Shown: positions 1 to 13,800 of the stretch, piece after piece
Layout of the letters: each line of letters begins with the position of its first letter
Position numbering within the stretch: position 1 is the stretch's first letter
Origin: Botryllus schlosseri
Lineage: Eukaryota
Length of the DNA: 64,000 bases
Direction: 5' to 3'
Assembly (NCBI GenBank): GCA_051294905.1
Contig: CM119373.1
Location: forward strand, 1,242,001-1,306,000
Made by a program: the position numbers and the translations under genes
Notes under the pieces: generated by a model
What the model was told of the DNA's origin: nothing
Database searches by the model: none
What the model saw: the letters and a program-made list of their open reading frames with translations, nothing else

Positions 1-488
1 CGTCTCTTACATCTTCAACGAGTCAATTTTTTAAATTTCTTTCTTGCATAGTGTGTAGCGTTATGAAATGAATGAGGATATATTTTGTTAATTTTTCGTG
101 GCTTCCTGAAAATGGCTCGCGGACAACTAGTTCATTCCAGTCCTCTAATTAAAGCAAATTCAACAAAATGCCGGTAACTTAATTGTAATCTAGTTTATAG
201 TTTTCCTGAAAATTGATACAAGAGAACGATATAATGCTAATTGAGCTAAGCTTAAATTAGTGTACAATTATGAGGACCAACCATAATGCGATAGGGACTG
301 GACTTGCTTTTTATCGTCGTTCGTTCAAATTCGGAATGTAATTCAATTTCATTCATTAGTTTTAATCCTAATCTAATTTGAAAAACGTGAAAATTTTGTA
401 GTTGCTCAACCCTGGTTGAGAAGCACTGATATAAATGTGTTCATTTTCGATGACAACGCGACTTATTCTGGATATTTTCCGTTACCAG

Positions 489-3400
489 GAAGATCTGGTG
501 CCGAGACGCGGGCTCGAGACGGGTTCCGACAAGCAAGTCTTCGAATTGCTCATCCCGCCAAAGATGAGAGTACAGTACGACAAAATCTACGAGCCATTGC
601 AGCAACAGGTAGGCTCTTTTCTGCATGATTTTGTGTTCGGGCGAGATCAGGGGCTCTCAATCTGTGGACCATGGCCAATGTACGCTGCGTTTACTGCCAG
701 ATCAAAGAGCTTTTGGGTCTTTTAGCACTTGAAGATTTGAATGGCCATGGCGGTAACGTCATGTGTTGATAGCATTTATAATATGCGCGTCTATTTAGAA
801 TTGTCAACTACTTGCTGACGATTATTCAATTGAAGAATTTACCGAATTAACGAATCTCATTACTTTTTCAGATACGTTCTCAGCCTCAAGGCAATGGTGA
901 GTATTTCCGTTTTTTTCAGCATGTCAGTGAAAAACCTTGTATTTAACAGTAGGGTGATATTTTGAGATTGGTACTGCGGCTGTACACATTGAATTGAGGT
1001 CGTCTACCAATCGAAATATTCGGAGTCGAGGAGTGAGAGTTTATTTCTTTTAGTAACGAAATTTAGAGTCTCGGGAAATATAGTATCAGTACTTTCCTCC
1101 CACGATGGGAGCCTTGAACATTGGTCATATCATAGCGAACGATATATAAGACTATGAATGCCCATGCCCATGGAACCGACATTCTGTGATCTATCCTCGA
1201 TATGGGCACCAACTTCAATGGAAAGATCATGGCTCGAGGTTACCTAGACCAAAGTTATTTTTGATGAAATGTGACTGGGGAAATCGAGTCCCCGAGTCAT
1301 TCCAATTTCAGTCGAGTATGAAGCTTCAATTCGAGTATTTGAGTAACACTCATTATGATTTCATAACAGTTTGAAAGAAGGGCACAATTCAAATATGTAC
1401 CTTTTATGATTGTGAAGAATATGGGACACTTCTTCGATAGTAGGCAGACATCGAACATGTTTCTCATGACCACGTCAAAATATACTATTTTTTTCCGCAT
1501 TGGAATTAGGGTTGGGGGAGGGGATATTAGTGTTATGGAGAGCGATATTAGGGTTGGAGGTGGAATAGGGTCAAAGCTGAGGTTAGGGTATCCCATGATT
1601 AGGGTTGGGGTGAGGGACACTATGTCCAACCCTAATATCCCCCTCCTCCAACCCTAACCTTGGGATACCATAACTCCAACTTTGACCCTAACCCTAATAT
1701 TCCCCCAACCCTAATATCGCCCACCCTAATATTAATATCCCCTCCCCCAACTCTATTATACCTCACCCCAACCCTCATCTTGGGATACCCTGACCCTCTC
1801 CCAACCCAAATATCCTCTCCACAGGTAAAACCACTTATTTTGGCTTTTATAAATTTTGATGTCTTCCTACTATCGAAGAAGCAGCAGATATCGTGGCGGC
1901 TCTCCGTCACATCAAAGATAATTTGGTATTGGACTTTGTGACAATGTTGTGGATTGATCATAATAGCAATATGTCATTTCCAGTAACGTGTGTGGCTTTG
2001 TAATACATGTTTTGTATGCTACGAGATGACTAATTGAGCATTTCAAGGCTTCCACAGTGAAAGTAGTATCAGAACTACAAATTACATTGATACATTAACT
2101 CTTGGTGACAAGGAGCGTTTCATTTCGGTACTGTAAAAAAATAGTCTTTCAATACTCTGGTATTATTATTACAATTGATTTGAGTGCTGAAATCATTCTA
2201 TCCAGTCCTATTCGTATTCACAATCGTTTACCATCAGGTTCAGGAGTCCATTTTTTGAAAGGAATACCCAATTCACCATAAGTGCAATAGAAAACGATTG
2301 TACATTGTTCACAGGTGGCATGGGAAGAGACACGAACGTTATGAACGACCAAATGCGGGCTTACGGCGTCATGAAGAAATTTCTCACTTCGTTCTTGGAT
2401 CATGTGAGAGTTTATGCATTCTATTTTAGTCTGTGTCAATCGAATCATTTTACAAACCATATACACACACGCACAGCGTAGGATTTCTATTATCACTACT
2501 TCGAATGGGTAGAGATAGAAATCGCTCCATAAGACTCAGGGTTGTAATGACTCGAGTCGAGTCCAACTCGAGTCAAGATTTTCCGATGACTCTACTTGAC
2601 TCGAGTCATTTTCTCACAACACGGAAATGACTCAATTCGTGTAAACCAGTCTATGAACTTGACTCGGACTGAGTCATTGCGCATGACTCGAACCAAGTCA
2701 TACGACTCTAGACTCAAACGGCCAAGACCGACATTTCATTGTAATTTCGAAAAAAAGTAAAGTAACCACACTGTTGTGATTTCGTTTATTGACAGCGATA
2801 CTTGAAAATGCGACCAGAAACTGCTAAAAGTGAGGAAAATGAGTAGATTTTAAATGCGAACCATTCGATATCACCAACAGAGCTATAAAAGTAGGTTAAC
2901 AAGACTTCAACTGTAAACTGAACAGCCAACACAATGACTCGCACTCGACCCTCTTCTCGCTGATTTGGACTCGAACTTGACTCGGTGGTGGATGGAAAAT
3001 GACTCGACTGGACTCGAGTCAAAACTATAAAAGTGAGATTGACTTGTGACTTCTAAACGTTATTATAGTCTTGATAGACGGAGGTTGACGATTGCAAACC
3101 ATTTAAACTCTTTCAATGGCAGCTCCACACGTAGACAAGCTTGTCGCCATGATGCAACAACAGCCATCTCACTGATACTGCCTTGTTCACAAGTTGCATA
3201 AATGAACATTTGTTTCAACAGATTGGTAACTTAGTTGCCATTACTGCGTATGTAGTCGCCAGCTTCCCACATAGGCCGGGAGTAGGTTTACCGACCTTTT
3301 CTTTAGCAATCAGCTTCTCAAATTTAGGAATTTGGGTCGAGAGCATCAAAAATGTTGTGAAACTCTGCAGTAGATCAATTCATGATCATAATTTACAATT

Positions 3401-4838
3401 CCGATAAGACGTTACCATGATTTTACTTCAATTCGTGTTCAGGGGCTGAAAGATTTGGACTACAGAGTCAGGGAAAAGCTCTTTCTGGAAAAGATTCTGG
3501 GCATTGAATTCCAAGACTCTACAGAAGAGGCGTTTTTCACCATCGGTAAGATATTCTTCTGATACTTTGATCCAGATTGGTACAAACTATCATTCTAGTT
3601 CGTTGACGGTCATTTAACTGCTGTTTTTTTGAGTAGTTCTAGATCAAAAAGTTGGTAATTCTAGTTCCAGTTGTAAGTTTTAAAAAGTGAGTAGTTATAG
3701 TTATAGTTGCCGGTTCCAGTTTAGAGTTTTGAAAAGTGAATAGTTTGAGTTGGACATTTTAAATAGTGAGTAGTTCTAATTCTAGTTGAGACTATTGAAA
3801 ATGTGAGTGGTTGTAGTTCCCCATTTTAGAAAGTGTCCCGTTATAGTGGTAGTTGCAAGTTTTAAAAAAAATCAGTAGTTCTAGTTGTAGTTGGCGTAAT
3901 GTGAAAATCCACGAGTTTTTATTAGTCTGCATCGATCCAAGTCAAATTTGTCGTGTTTCACGCAGGAGACGACAATTCCTTTGCTGACATCCTCTTCTAC
4001 GGAAACGAGTTTGCTCTGTTTCTATTCGACGTGTTGCTATTCTCGTTGGTCGATTACGGGTCTGAGAATTTCCTGCTGGCGGCTGTTTTAACTTATCTTG
4101 TCGGAATGGTAAGATTGCTGATACGGTTGTTGATATACAATGTTCTTTCCAATTCTTTACTAGTTGTAGATGATTGCCCTTGACAGCCAGCCGAAAATAT
4201 TCGGGTGTATTTCAATATCAATATAATTTTCAATTATACATTGAAGTTTTTTACCTCCAAGAGTATCTTCGAATCATTTGATATGGGTAAGTGTGGCTTG
4301 GCAGTATCGAGTACATGAGCGATTTGATTATTTCGCTCCTAGTCGCGTATTCAAGTATCATTCGTAGTGATAAGAGTATGGTTGATGTGAGCGGTTCGAA
4401 TATGTGCTTTATATGCATTATACATCACACCGAAAGTAATTTTGTACTTTTGCGGCCATGCCTTGCACTTTGTGACCATTCGATATCACCACAGTTATAA
4501 AAGTGGGTTTAACAAGACTTTAACTGGAAACTGAGCAGTCAACACACTGACTTGGACTCGGACTTGACTCGGGGGTTAATCAAAAATGACTCGACTTGAC
4601 CCGCGTCAAAGTTGTAAAAGTGAGATTGACTTGTGACTCGGAGCTTTGTGACTTGGTGAAATTGTTGTTGTAGTACAACAGCGAAAGATACTTGTCTATA
4701 TTATCTGTTAAAAAGTGTCTGTCATTACTAATTCGCGGTTGATATGTTATTTTTCAGTTACTCAGACTTGTTCGGAACCAGTTGTCGCGGCATAATCTGG
4801 CAAAAAAGACTTTGATCGACAAGAGGTTTCTGATTTAG
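489..4838 (+). CDS. TMEM67: Meckelin (TMEM67/MKS3), last six coding exons: 489-608, 872-896, 2315-2403, 3443-3545, 3966-4108, 4758-4838 (gene starts upstream of window)
   Basis: Exons bounded by AG/GT with consistent phases splice to EDLVPRRGLETGSDKQVFELL...IRSQPQGNGGMGRD...AYGVMKKFLTSFLDH GLKDLDYRVREKLFLEKILGIEF...YGNEFALFLFDVLLFSLVD...NLAKKTLIDKRFLI*, matching the conserved meckelin C-terminus. Confidence 0.93.
1429..1881. mobile_element. Foldback/MITE-like element with internal inverted TTAGGG-like repeats, in a TMEM67 intron
   Basis: 24-bp inverted repeats (cttcttcgatagtaggcagacatc / gatgtcttcctactatcgaagaag, 1 mismatch). Interior has ttagggttgg units switching to ccaaccctaa units near 1620. 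Confidence 0.6.
2538..3050. repeat. GACTCGAGTC-rich MITE family copy (partial related copy at ~4478-4655)
   Basis: Dense gactcgagtc/gacttgactc motifs. 2862-3050 is repeated at ~4478-4640, and the motif family matches the complete element at 52325-53313. Confidence 0.6.
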
Positions 4839-7800
4839 GGTGGTCGAGTGAATCAAATGCATTTTACTGTTTATAAGTACCATCGTTATATTGCCATCGT
4901 ATTATTTTCACATCTTATAGGTATGCGGTATATATTTTTGTAGAAAAATAAAGAATATTGCTCGTAATAAAAACATGATTGAGTGAAGGCTTCGTGTGTG
5001 TGTTTCTGAGTTACAGCATCGCCGTAGTCGTAGGTAGGCAGCTTGGTGAGTGATTCTAGTTGCAGAACTACAGAAAGACACGTGTTGTCGTTTGGCGTGA
5101 ATCGGAACTCCGTCGTTTTCCGTTGTGCGATGTTCTTGCAGACTTTGGTAACTCTCATAAAGTCATCACATATAACACTTTGGGATTCTAAACCCAACCA
5201 TTTCAGACTTGTAGTGATACGCACCTGGAAAACCGATCCGATAAAATAAAAAGAGTTTAATCACTTCGGAATCGAGTCTAGTTAGATGAGTTTTAGTTGT
5301 GGATAAGGTCGTTACATCAATTTCTAGTTGTGACTTTTGAGAAGTACTTCTAGTTCTAGTTACGACTTTTGAAAATCCAGTAGTTCTTTCTAGACTGTCC
5401 GCTACAGCTATATTAGGACAGCAGAGATCAGGGCTTAATTTTTATTCGTAAATCTAATTCCAGTTTCGGATTTGAGATTCAATTCCAAATAGGAAATTAA
5501 TTATCTCATCCAAATATGATAGGCGGGTTATCATGTTTTGGAATCGGGAAAGGAGGACACTTTTTCGAAATCTTCAGATTTACAATACTGGAGTAAAATT
5601 CGGAAAAATGGTACAATTACCACGAAATTGTGGTTGAGTTGACCAAAAAAAATGTCCAATTTCCGACTCAACTCCTGAAATACAATTTCTCATGCGCATT
5701 GTCCGTTGGCTATAACTAATAAAAAAGAAGGTTGTCACTTACGTTACAACCTCGAATTTCCTGTTTTGAGAAGTAGCATGAATTTAAAATCTAGCTTGAA
5801 AGTGATCGCAACTTCATATCTGATAGATCCCCGGCCAAAACGATCCAATCCGTTACGTTTTTTTCAAGCCCAGTCAATATTCAATTCTTGCTGATTTCTG
5901 CTGGACAGTGACTAAAATGCGGCTTTTGGAGTATTTTTTAAATGTGTGGCTATTTGGATTTTTGGTAACAGGTTTACGTCCTGATATTATTTCTCACCCT
6001 GCCACTGGCACAGCAGCAATAATTTTGATGATGTAGTTTTGACGCATTCATAATTCTGAACTGTTCATTTGCAATGAAGTATTGCTGATCTATAATCCGT
6101 TGGAAAGCCCTGAAAAACACAGGCAGTCAGACTTCCGTGGATTTTTGCCGCAGACTCTCCGTACCTAACGAATAAAATTATGTAGCCATAGTAAGCCTAT
6201 TATAGCTTCCTTGGAAGTGTAGGCTATATGGTTGTATTTGGAAATTACTATAGTCTCATTTCACTAATGTATAAAACTTGATGTTATTATGCTGTGGTAA
6301 ATTTCCTGTTGATATAATACTTTCACCCGAATCACATCCGTCATCACGCGATTCAAAAACGAGATGGAATATGAACGCTTGTCGGCGAACGAAAGATTCC
6401 AATATTAAACAAAACTGTAAGCTAAGTATTTCATTTCTAGATAGCCAAAGCGTGGAATTTTTCCATGTAATCGAATGAATTTAGTCACTTTAGGTTTGTA
6501 CTTGCATATGTCGCTAAAAATTTATTATCCTGTCTCATCAGCCCACGCGACAAGATTTTACAACGGAGATGAGCCAGCACACTACGGTAAGGATTATTAT
6601 TTATTTATTGATGGATACTTTGATGGATACTTCCATCACCTCGGTGATGGTGCTCCAAGTCTGAACGCAGACAGAACTAGACCTATATAAAGGCTAGATA
6701 TGAGGTTCTCGAGGCTTGGCTTCCGGAGAGTCCCGTGTTATCATGCAATTACTTTGTTACTACGAGAAGGTTGTTGTTTCCAGGAAAATATCGTGATCGC
6801 TCACATGCAGGCCTACGCGAACAACCTGAAATAGCCTACGTCGCGTGATTTCAAATTCACGTTCTTTTCGATGGTCGATTCATTTCTCACTGCGTTCGAA
6901 TTTATAGCGCGGGGCTCAGATGGCAAGGACAACTTGGCAGTGTCCTAGGCTAAACCAGGCCTAGAGTAGGCCTACTTTCTTATTTACTCATTTGTAAATT
7001 GTTACTCTACTCAAGTACCAACGAGGAAGTTGACCACCTCCGGAGGTTTCATCGTCACCGTCCGTCGTCACCTGAACGTCTCGGCCCGCGCCCGTCGGTA
7101 CAAATCCCTAGATGAGTGGCTCGCAAAGTAGGCGATACCCCCATTGGGTGACAATTTTGTCGAGAGACAAGGGCCAATACACTAAAGGGGGTGTTGAGAG
7201 GGGCCAAACGTTAATATGTAGTCGATGGGAGTTGATAAAATGGCGGGGCTTACTACCTGAGATATCCCAGCCAACGAATGCGGAAAAGGATAGAATCGGG
7301 AAATGTGATTTCATTTAACCAATTCAACTTGTTACATGAATTTTCTCGACATTGCTATACGCGTTGTTTAAGTGCACCCCAGAACTACTTTTCATTTGCA
7401 CATTAACGAAAACAAAAATGAGTAGGCCGCATTTCATCATCAATGAAAATAAGATCATGCAGTGTTGAAATATAGAAGTAGTTTATAGATTGGGTCAAAG
7501 GAGTCTACGTTAATACTCAAATATAAGCGAAAAATGATCGTGACAATTTCTACTCATTCACAAGTAGAAGTAGATATGAAAGGTCTGAAAATTTATCAAG
7601 TGGGCTGAGATTTATTTGGGGGTAAACGTACTATTTATTGTTTCACGGAGGTGGTGCTTTCGAAATTGCAAGATGCGTCTCTGCGAGTACTGCCAAGACT
7701 AGTGACTCAAAATTTTTACTACGATATCGACGAGATGACGTAGTGGTAGACCAACCACCGTTTGATCGGTCGTGGGTTCACTTCCCGGCGTGGGCAGGCA

Positions 7801-8060
7801 GAGTCGTCATGCAGACCAAATATTAGATCATAAAACTTATGGCCGAAGTTTTCCCGTTCCCGCTCAACACTCTTTGAGTAGCATGGAGATGAAAAATGAT
7901 GTATATCTTTGATAATCTAACCACCATGCATTGCCATCACATATCCGTGAATTGCCTTATAATAGATTCAAAAAAGCCCTACTTGATCACCTCTTGTCGT
8001 TACACTAACACTGTTGCCCTACCTCGCCCAGACATTGCTTCATTGATGATTTGCTACCAT

Positions 8061-8298
8061 TGTTTAATTTTTTTTTCTATTTTCCTTTCTTAACTAAACA
8101 TTTTTTACAGCCAGACTGTTCTGAGTCAAGTGTACCTGTTTGATGCTGGTGTGATCAGACTAGATGACCTTCACGGTCTTATCGATCATTCCTATCTAAT
8201 ACCGAATACTGTGCACGCATATTTTCTGTACCACCATCACTGCCGTTTGTTATGTATTTTGGTTCGATGAAAATAAAGACTCTCTCTCTCTCTCTCTC
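8061..8298 (+). mobile_element. 3' end of CR1/L2-group LINE with AATAAAGA-(TC)n tail
   Basis: Near-identical to 52170-52324 plus 53314-53402, which follows an RT fragment. Ends aaataaagac(tc)n like the LINE ending at 33739. Confidence 0.75.
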
Positions 8299-8300
8299 AC

Positions 8301-8750
8301 CACAGATAAGCAAATTTGGAATTTCTATGTCCTAATCCAATCCAAATTCGAACCTTCAAATCCTGATCCAAAACCTAATTCATAACTTTTGTATATTCAA
8401 ATCCGAGTCCAATCCTAATCCGATTCTGACTTGAAATTCAGAATAAATGCCAATTTATGCAAGGCAGGAATTGAAAATTTTTCTTTCACAACCAACAATG
8501 ATCTTGATTTAAGATGACTTAGTGTAGGGCTCCACCTCATGTTCATTGGCACCGAGTGTGCCATAAGGACATTAACTACTGTTCTGAATAAAGTCTGTCG
8601 CCATTCGCCACACGACTCATCAATCTCCCAAAAATCGGTAAATCCAACCCAAATCCTAATCCGCTCGAAAAAAAATCTAATCCAGATCACAAAAAAGTTC
8701 ACATATCCGTTTTTTTTCCAAATCCTAATCCTAATTCATGCTCATCTCTG
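8301..8750. mobile_element. MITE with aatcc/aatct subterminal repeats
   Basis: Imperfect TIRs cacagataagca / tgctcatctctg; no clear TSD. Confidence 0.45.
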
Positions 8751-10020
8751 CTAACCCCCTACGTTATCTATTGCAACCACTTTCCTAAATAACATCTATT
8801 ATTGTTGGAAGCAGGCTGTAATCAGACCAGTTAACCCTCGCCAGAGTCACACATCACACCCAGGTCCAACACCATTAACTTTCTTTGTTAGTTTGTTATT
8901 TCACATGATAATGTGATTTATTTCCGGTGCGAAGGATCAATAAACATCTCCCTTTCCTCGATGGTGCAGTCGAAAATAAACATGCTGCCAATAAATCATC
9001 TGGCAACAATTTTTTTGACCTCAATATATGCATAGCTATTTTGCTGAAGGATAGCTTATGCTATGTTCGTTTTTCATCGGCTAATATAACATGTCGAATG
9101 CTTGGAAACAGTGTTCAAGAAAAGAGTTAATTATAATGGTAACGGCAATAGCTTTGATAATGTTTCGCTCCGCTTGGGCCTGCAGTTACGTGGGGCAAAT
9201 TTTCACAACGTAGTAAATTATCTGGCAAGACGTTTCTCGACATGGACCAAGTCGAAGACGCTAACTCGCACGGCACGTGACACGCTTGTTCATTTGAAGC
9301 GGCGTTTTCGTGAGAGGCGGTTCTCTTATTGAGTCGAGTTGCGTACTTGAGCAAGTTTGAGAGAGCGAAGACCACGTTTTTTTTAAATGTCACTTCATTT
9401 TAGATACCGGTCTGGCTTTAGTCAACATTTGCCTTGTTCGGCTAGCAAGCTACCAGTATTGAATCAGGCCCGTACAGTTCTTATACACCTCTATGACGCT
9501 CAAGTAACACAATGGACGGATTGCTGTTGTAGAATAGCAGAGGTGAAAAGCACAAATGAATATATAAACGGAGGTCATGGCAGCTGTTGTGTATCTGTCT
9601 TCAGCCAAATACCTAACATGCAGACAAGTGATTGTAAGCGAAAGTCCGTTATTACTCGGATGACGCGATCCTAAATCGGAACGAGAACACAGTACACCCA
9701 TTATTAGGACTACGTAAGTACGTTATCACATCCTTTTCACCCCAAGACGTCGTGATACGCAATCCTTGAAGTATTTGGGTCGTCTTCGATCTTCGCGGTA
9801 TGATTTTCGGTGTAGCAGGTGCACTGGTTGCTTCATCAGCAACCACGAAAGGTGTTACATCATTGAAGCAATAAGACGATTGTGGCGACGTCAATGTCTT
9901 CTCGGGTGTAGTCTTTTCTACCACAAGTTCCAGCTGAAGTCCTACTTCTGTTATAATAATTCCGCAGGTGTCTACGGTTTATTTTTATGAGCATGCCGGA
10001 TTCTAGTCCAGTAAGGCATC

Positions 10021-10095
10021 TTCGTTCATCGGCGGTACACTTACTAAAATTGAAACGATACAGAGAAGATTAGCATTGGCCCCTGCAGCAAGGAT
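10021..10095 (+). pseudogene. U6 snRNA fragment, 3'-truncated and mutated
   Basis: tactaaaattgaaacgatacagagaagattagcattggcccctgcagcaaggat matches the U6 core including the ACAGAGA box and ISL, with indels. The U6 3' third is absent. Confidence 0.85.
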
Positions 10096-10439
10096 ATTTT
10101 ACCTACGGATGTTCTCTGTTGGGTTGCTAATTTTGCTTGACTGCGCACGCGACCATTGACTTCAAAACGATTAGGTTGTCCTGCCGAAATCGGCCGGGAC
10201 GCTCTCCCAACCAGACTAAGACCACTATATAATTTTCAAATTATTATTTTCCAAATTAGATTGGAATTGGAACTACAGCTACACACATTTCTTGATTAGG
10301 CTCGATTTAAAATTATAACTACATAGTTTTTCCTAATTAGATTATAATTACATCTACAATTTATCGGAATTAGATTAGAATTACACTTATAGCTACACAG
10401 ATACGTGTGTACAGAAAGCTTGGGTCTTTTCGCACTAGC

Positions 10440-11760
10440 CAATTCTCCTGTAGCATTGCCAGGAAGCCAGAAATTATACTAGATTGAAAACTAGAACATG
10501 GAAACAAGCAGTTTCTACCCACATGATACTTGCCTACCCTACTATATGAAGCATTTCAACCTGGTTTTAGATCAACCACTTCTTGGATCACACGAAATAC
10601 GGCGCTACACCCTATCACGAATTTCAACCTAGTGCGTTTTGCATCAACCATTTCTGGGACAACCAGAGGGTGCCTATGATTCGTTCCTTCCTTGCTAGAT
10701 AAAGAACTCCTACCTAGTGCGCTTTCGGATCAACCATTTCTGGCATCACACAGTTGCTGCCTACCCGATCCCTTCCTTCCCTGCTAGATGAAGCACTACA
10801 ACCTGGCTTTGGATCAACCATTTCTGGGATCACATGAAACATCGCGCTGCAGCGTGACGTACCTAAATACTGAATTTTCCTTTTCAGAAACCCCAGCTTT
10901 AGGTTTTGAATGATATTAAAAAGAACGAATGAAGAAATAATTGATTAATAATTAATTAATGATGATCGACTTCATGTCGCCCTCGACGTAATTGAAGGTG
11001 ATCTGAGAATACAGAGTGGGTAAAGTTTGGGCTATATATCTGCGAACGAGATATTATAGACATACCGATTCTGATTTTAGTTCCACTGTGATTGATTTTT
11101 TTTCCGATATGGAACTGTCACTTTGACCTACGGAGGCGGCGTCGACGTGTGCGTCGGGGACGGGGGTTTGGGGGATTCACACTGTTCAATATGTATGGAT
11201 TAAAATTCGATAAATTTTTGACTCAACACATTGATCGCCTTGGAGTTGCGTCGACCTCCCTCCCTTCTTCTCAATCGGTAGGGGAAGGAGGTCATAGACG
11301 ATCGGAGTCCTGAACAATAAGATCATTGTTTGTATAATGATAATGACATTGGTGCCATATTCATTGAAATACCTTTTTACCGTTACGTCTTTCGGAGGTG
11401 GTTCTTCTTCCACAGCAAAATCAGTATTCTCTTCTTCCACCTCTTGAAAAATGAAGGATATCTTCTGCTTATTCATAATTGTCTACTTGAGCCTATACGT
11501 TTACTTGAGCCTATACGTTATCTGTAAAGATACGAAAAACGGTTAAAACAGAATTACAATAATGAACATTCTACGGCATGCGAAGAAAGTGGCGAAAAGG
11601 ATAGCTAAGGGCGTATAAAACAGTAAACAAAGAATCAGTAGGTTAGCCGATGTCTTCCGTGGGTTTGAAGTACGAGTTGGGTATGTAGATATTCTTTCTG
11701 GCGACGAAGGGTCGGCTTTACAGCTTAACCGTGGTCGATTCCAAAACCTTTGAATGAAAA
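10440..11760 (-). pseudogene. Degenerate multi-exon gene of unknown product with short introns and coding tandem repeats
   Basis: Minus-strand short exon-like blocks (EVEEENTDFAVEEEPPPKDVT; Pro-rich block) separated by ~55-nt GT-AG gaps, and repeats reading PEMVDPKPGCS at 10540-10850. Stops and frameshifts present. Confidence 0.35.
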
Positions 11761-13019
11761 AGTAGACAACAGCCACGAACAAGTATGGAATATAGTGACA
11801 GTTACCATGAGCTCATATCATATAAATTATCTATTCACAGTTTACCGCTAAAGGTATTGGCCACTGAATGCTGCCTTATGATAGAAGGATGACAGATTAT
11901 AGATAACTAACCTACGGATAGATAGGCAACACGTGACTCACGGTCGAGTGATGCGACAACGGCAGATTTGTTGTCGCTTCATAGCATGAAACGGGAGCGT
12001 AATTGCTAATCCCATAGATGACGACCCGAGCGCTCAAATTAAAGTTGATCTTATTTGAAAGCTACAGTCGCGCTGATTCTGATAATATACATTAAGCTTT
12101 CATCAAAGCAATGGAACCACCCCGAAATAGCCTTCAAAGTCTTAAAATCGGCATTGTTGTAAACAATTGCTACGGCGCAGCACAATGACCATAACAACGG
12201 TCCGTGCGTGGTTGCGATTGTTTAGAACAATGCCGATTTCGTGTCACCCCGAAAACAGCATGACATTACGAACGATAATCAACCTAAATGTAACAGTATT
12301 GGGGAGAGAGTATGTAAAGCTACTGCTGCAGAAGCGGTAATTCAGATCAGCGATGATAGCAGGCGCACTAGGGTTGTTCAAAATTTGGAAAATGTTTGGA
12401 ATCTGCGTGTCCATCGCTTATTCTGTAGATTATTGTTAAAAAACAATAATGGGCTTGAAAGAAGCTCGCAGGAAAGCCGGTAATATTTGTCTAAATGCGT
12501 TTGAAAGTAGCGGTCGGCGAGTGGGCGGGGAATCGATGAAGTGGGCGGGCAAAGAGAAGCCATTAATCCTGATTGGTTGAAGCCGGGACTTTGTGAACAC
12601 TGCTGGTAACGATTTTTGCGTGCTGTTGTGCAGTCGTTTCTGTTGGTGGCATTACAGACATGCTTTTGTTAATGTTGTCATCGTGTCATCAAGAGTCCAT
12701 AGTACAACATTGCAACCGCCTAAGTTAATATCTACCTGCAGAAAGTGCTATGTATTGCTGTGCTCTCGCTAGTTGAGATACGAATAAACTAGAAGCATGC
12801 ATCTTGCTACCTTCAACCTTTCCAAAAGTTACTGACAGTGAGTGAAACTCAAAAATTTACCACCAGGAGTCAACATCTGAATAGTACTTGTTATGACTAG
12901 TCGACGTCTCACCCATAAACGAACGCATGTTACACTTTTTATTCACAATTGAATGAAGGCGAAAAGCACTATTTACAAAAGACATTAAGAAAGTACGTTG
13001 TTGTCAGGCACAAGTTGCA

Positions 13020-13800
13020 GATTACAGGCTTTTGATCAGAGTTGACTTCCTGCTGTCTCCAACTGTCTTCCTATGCTGTTCCACAGCTTGAAGCAGACTG
13101 TCTGACCTTTGTTGTTCATTGTCAGTCAAGATTGCAGCATAGTCTGTGCTTAGCTTTACACCTCGTTGTGCGGCATCATTAACGACTTTGACAGAAGCTC
13201 ATTCTGGTGTAGGAATCTGACAAGTGCCAAACATCAACCGGTTGAGCTAGCCACGCCCCAGAGCATTCAAAAACATCAAATATGTACCACGACTGTGGCC
13301 CAATAAAATCAGACAAAGTAGTGTCCTTGTTGATGTGTACAGTTGCATTCAACGAGGGCGGGTCTCTCCTGAAACTTGAAGTTAGCTCTACCTGCAGGAG
13401 CGTCTTTGCCATATCTTTTCGGGTTTCATTGCTTTCTCACTCGGCGAAAACAGGGCATATACAGCGGTTTCCTCAACGATATACCAGTCATGCTTTAAAA
13501 GCTTTTGTGAAGCAGCTTTGGAAACTTGTTCATCATGTTCCTTGTAACTCAACATGTCCTGGATGAATCTCAAGTCATAACCTACTGATCACGACCGATG
13601 CTGGAAGCAACCCAGGCAGGGATATAAAAGAGAACTAAAAATAAATTGAAGCGATGCAGCAGTTCCACTTCTTCGGATTTGTAATGTAACTGATCAGCCC
13701 ACATGAACATCTTCTGAGCATACAGAATTGTGCCCATTCACCTTGCATGGTGTGTTGCACCAGCGTGTACTCAAAGGTGGTGTGGACACTGCCGGTGAAT
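13020..13800 (-). pseudogene. Degenerate DNA transposase C-terminal half (hATm-like)
   Basis: Motifs AGATHHAR*MGTILYAQKMF, KLLKHDWYIVEETAVYALF, TLSDFIGPQSW and LLQAVEQHRK, with frameshifts. Subfamily assignment is from memory of motif pattern. Confidence 0.65.

Noticed and set aside
1500..1810. Telomere or chromosome fusion site
   Set aside because: TTAGGG units are degenerate, interspersed and enclosed by inverted repeats within an intron.
5000..7900. Short ORFs downstream of TMEM67
   Set aside because: No recognisable domains; the region looks like intergenic DNA with decayed repeats.
10021..10095. Functional U6 gene
   Set aside because: Indels in the internal stem-loop, diverged 5' hairpin and missing 3' third.
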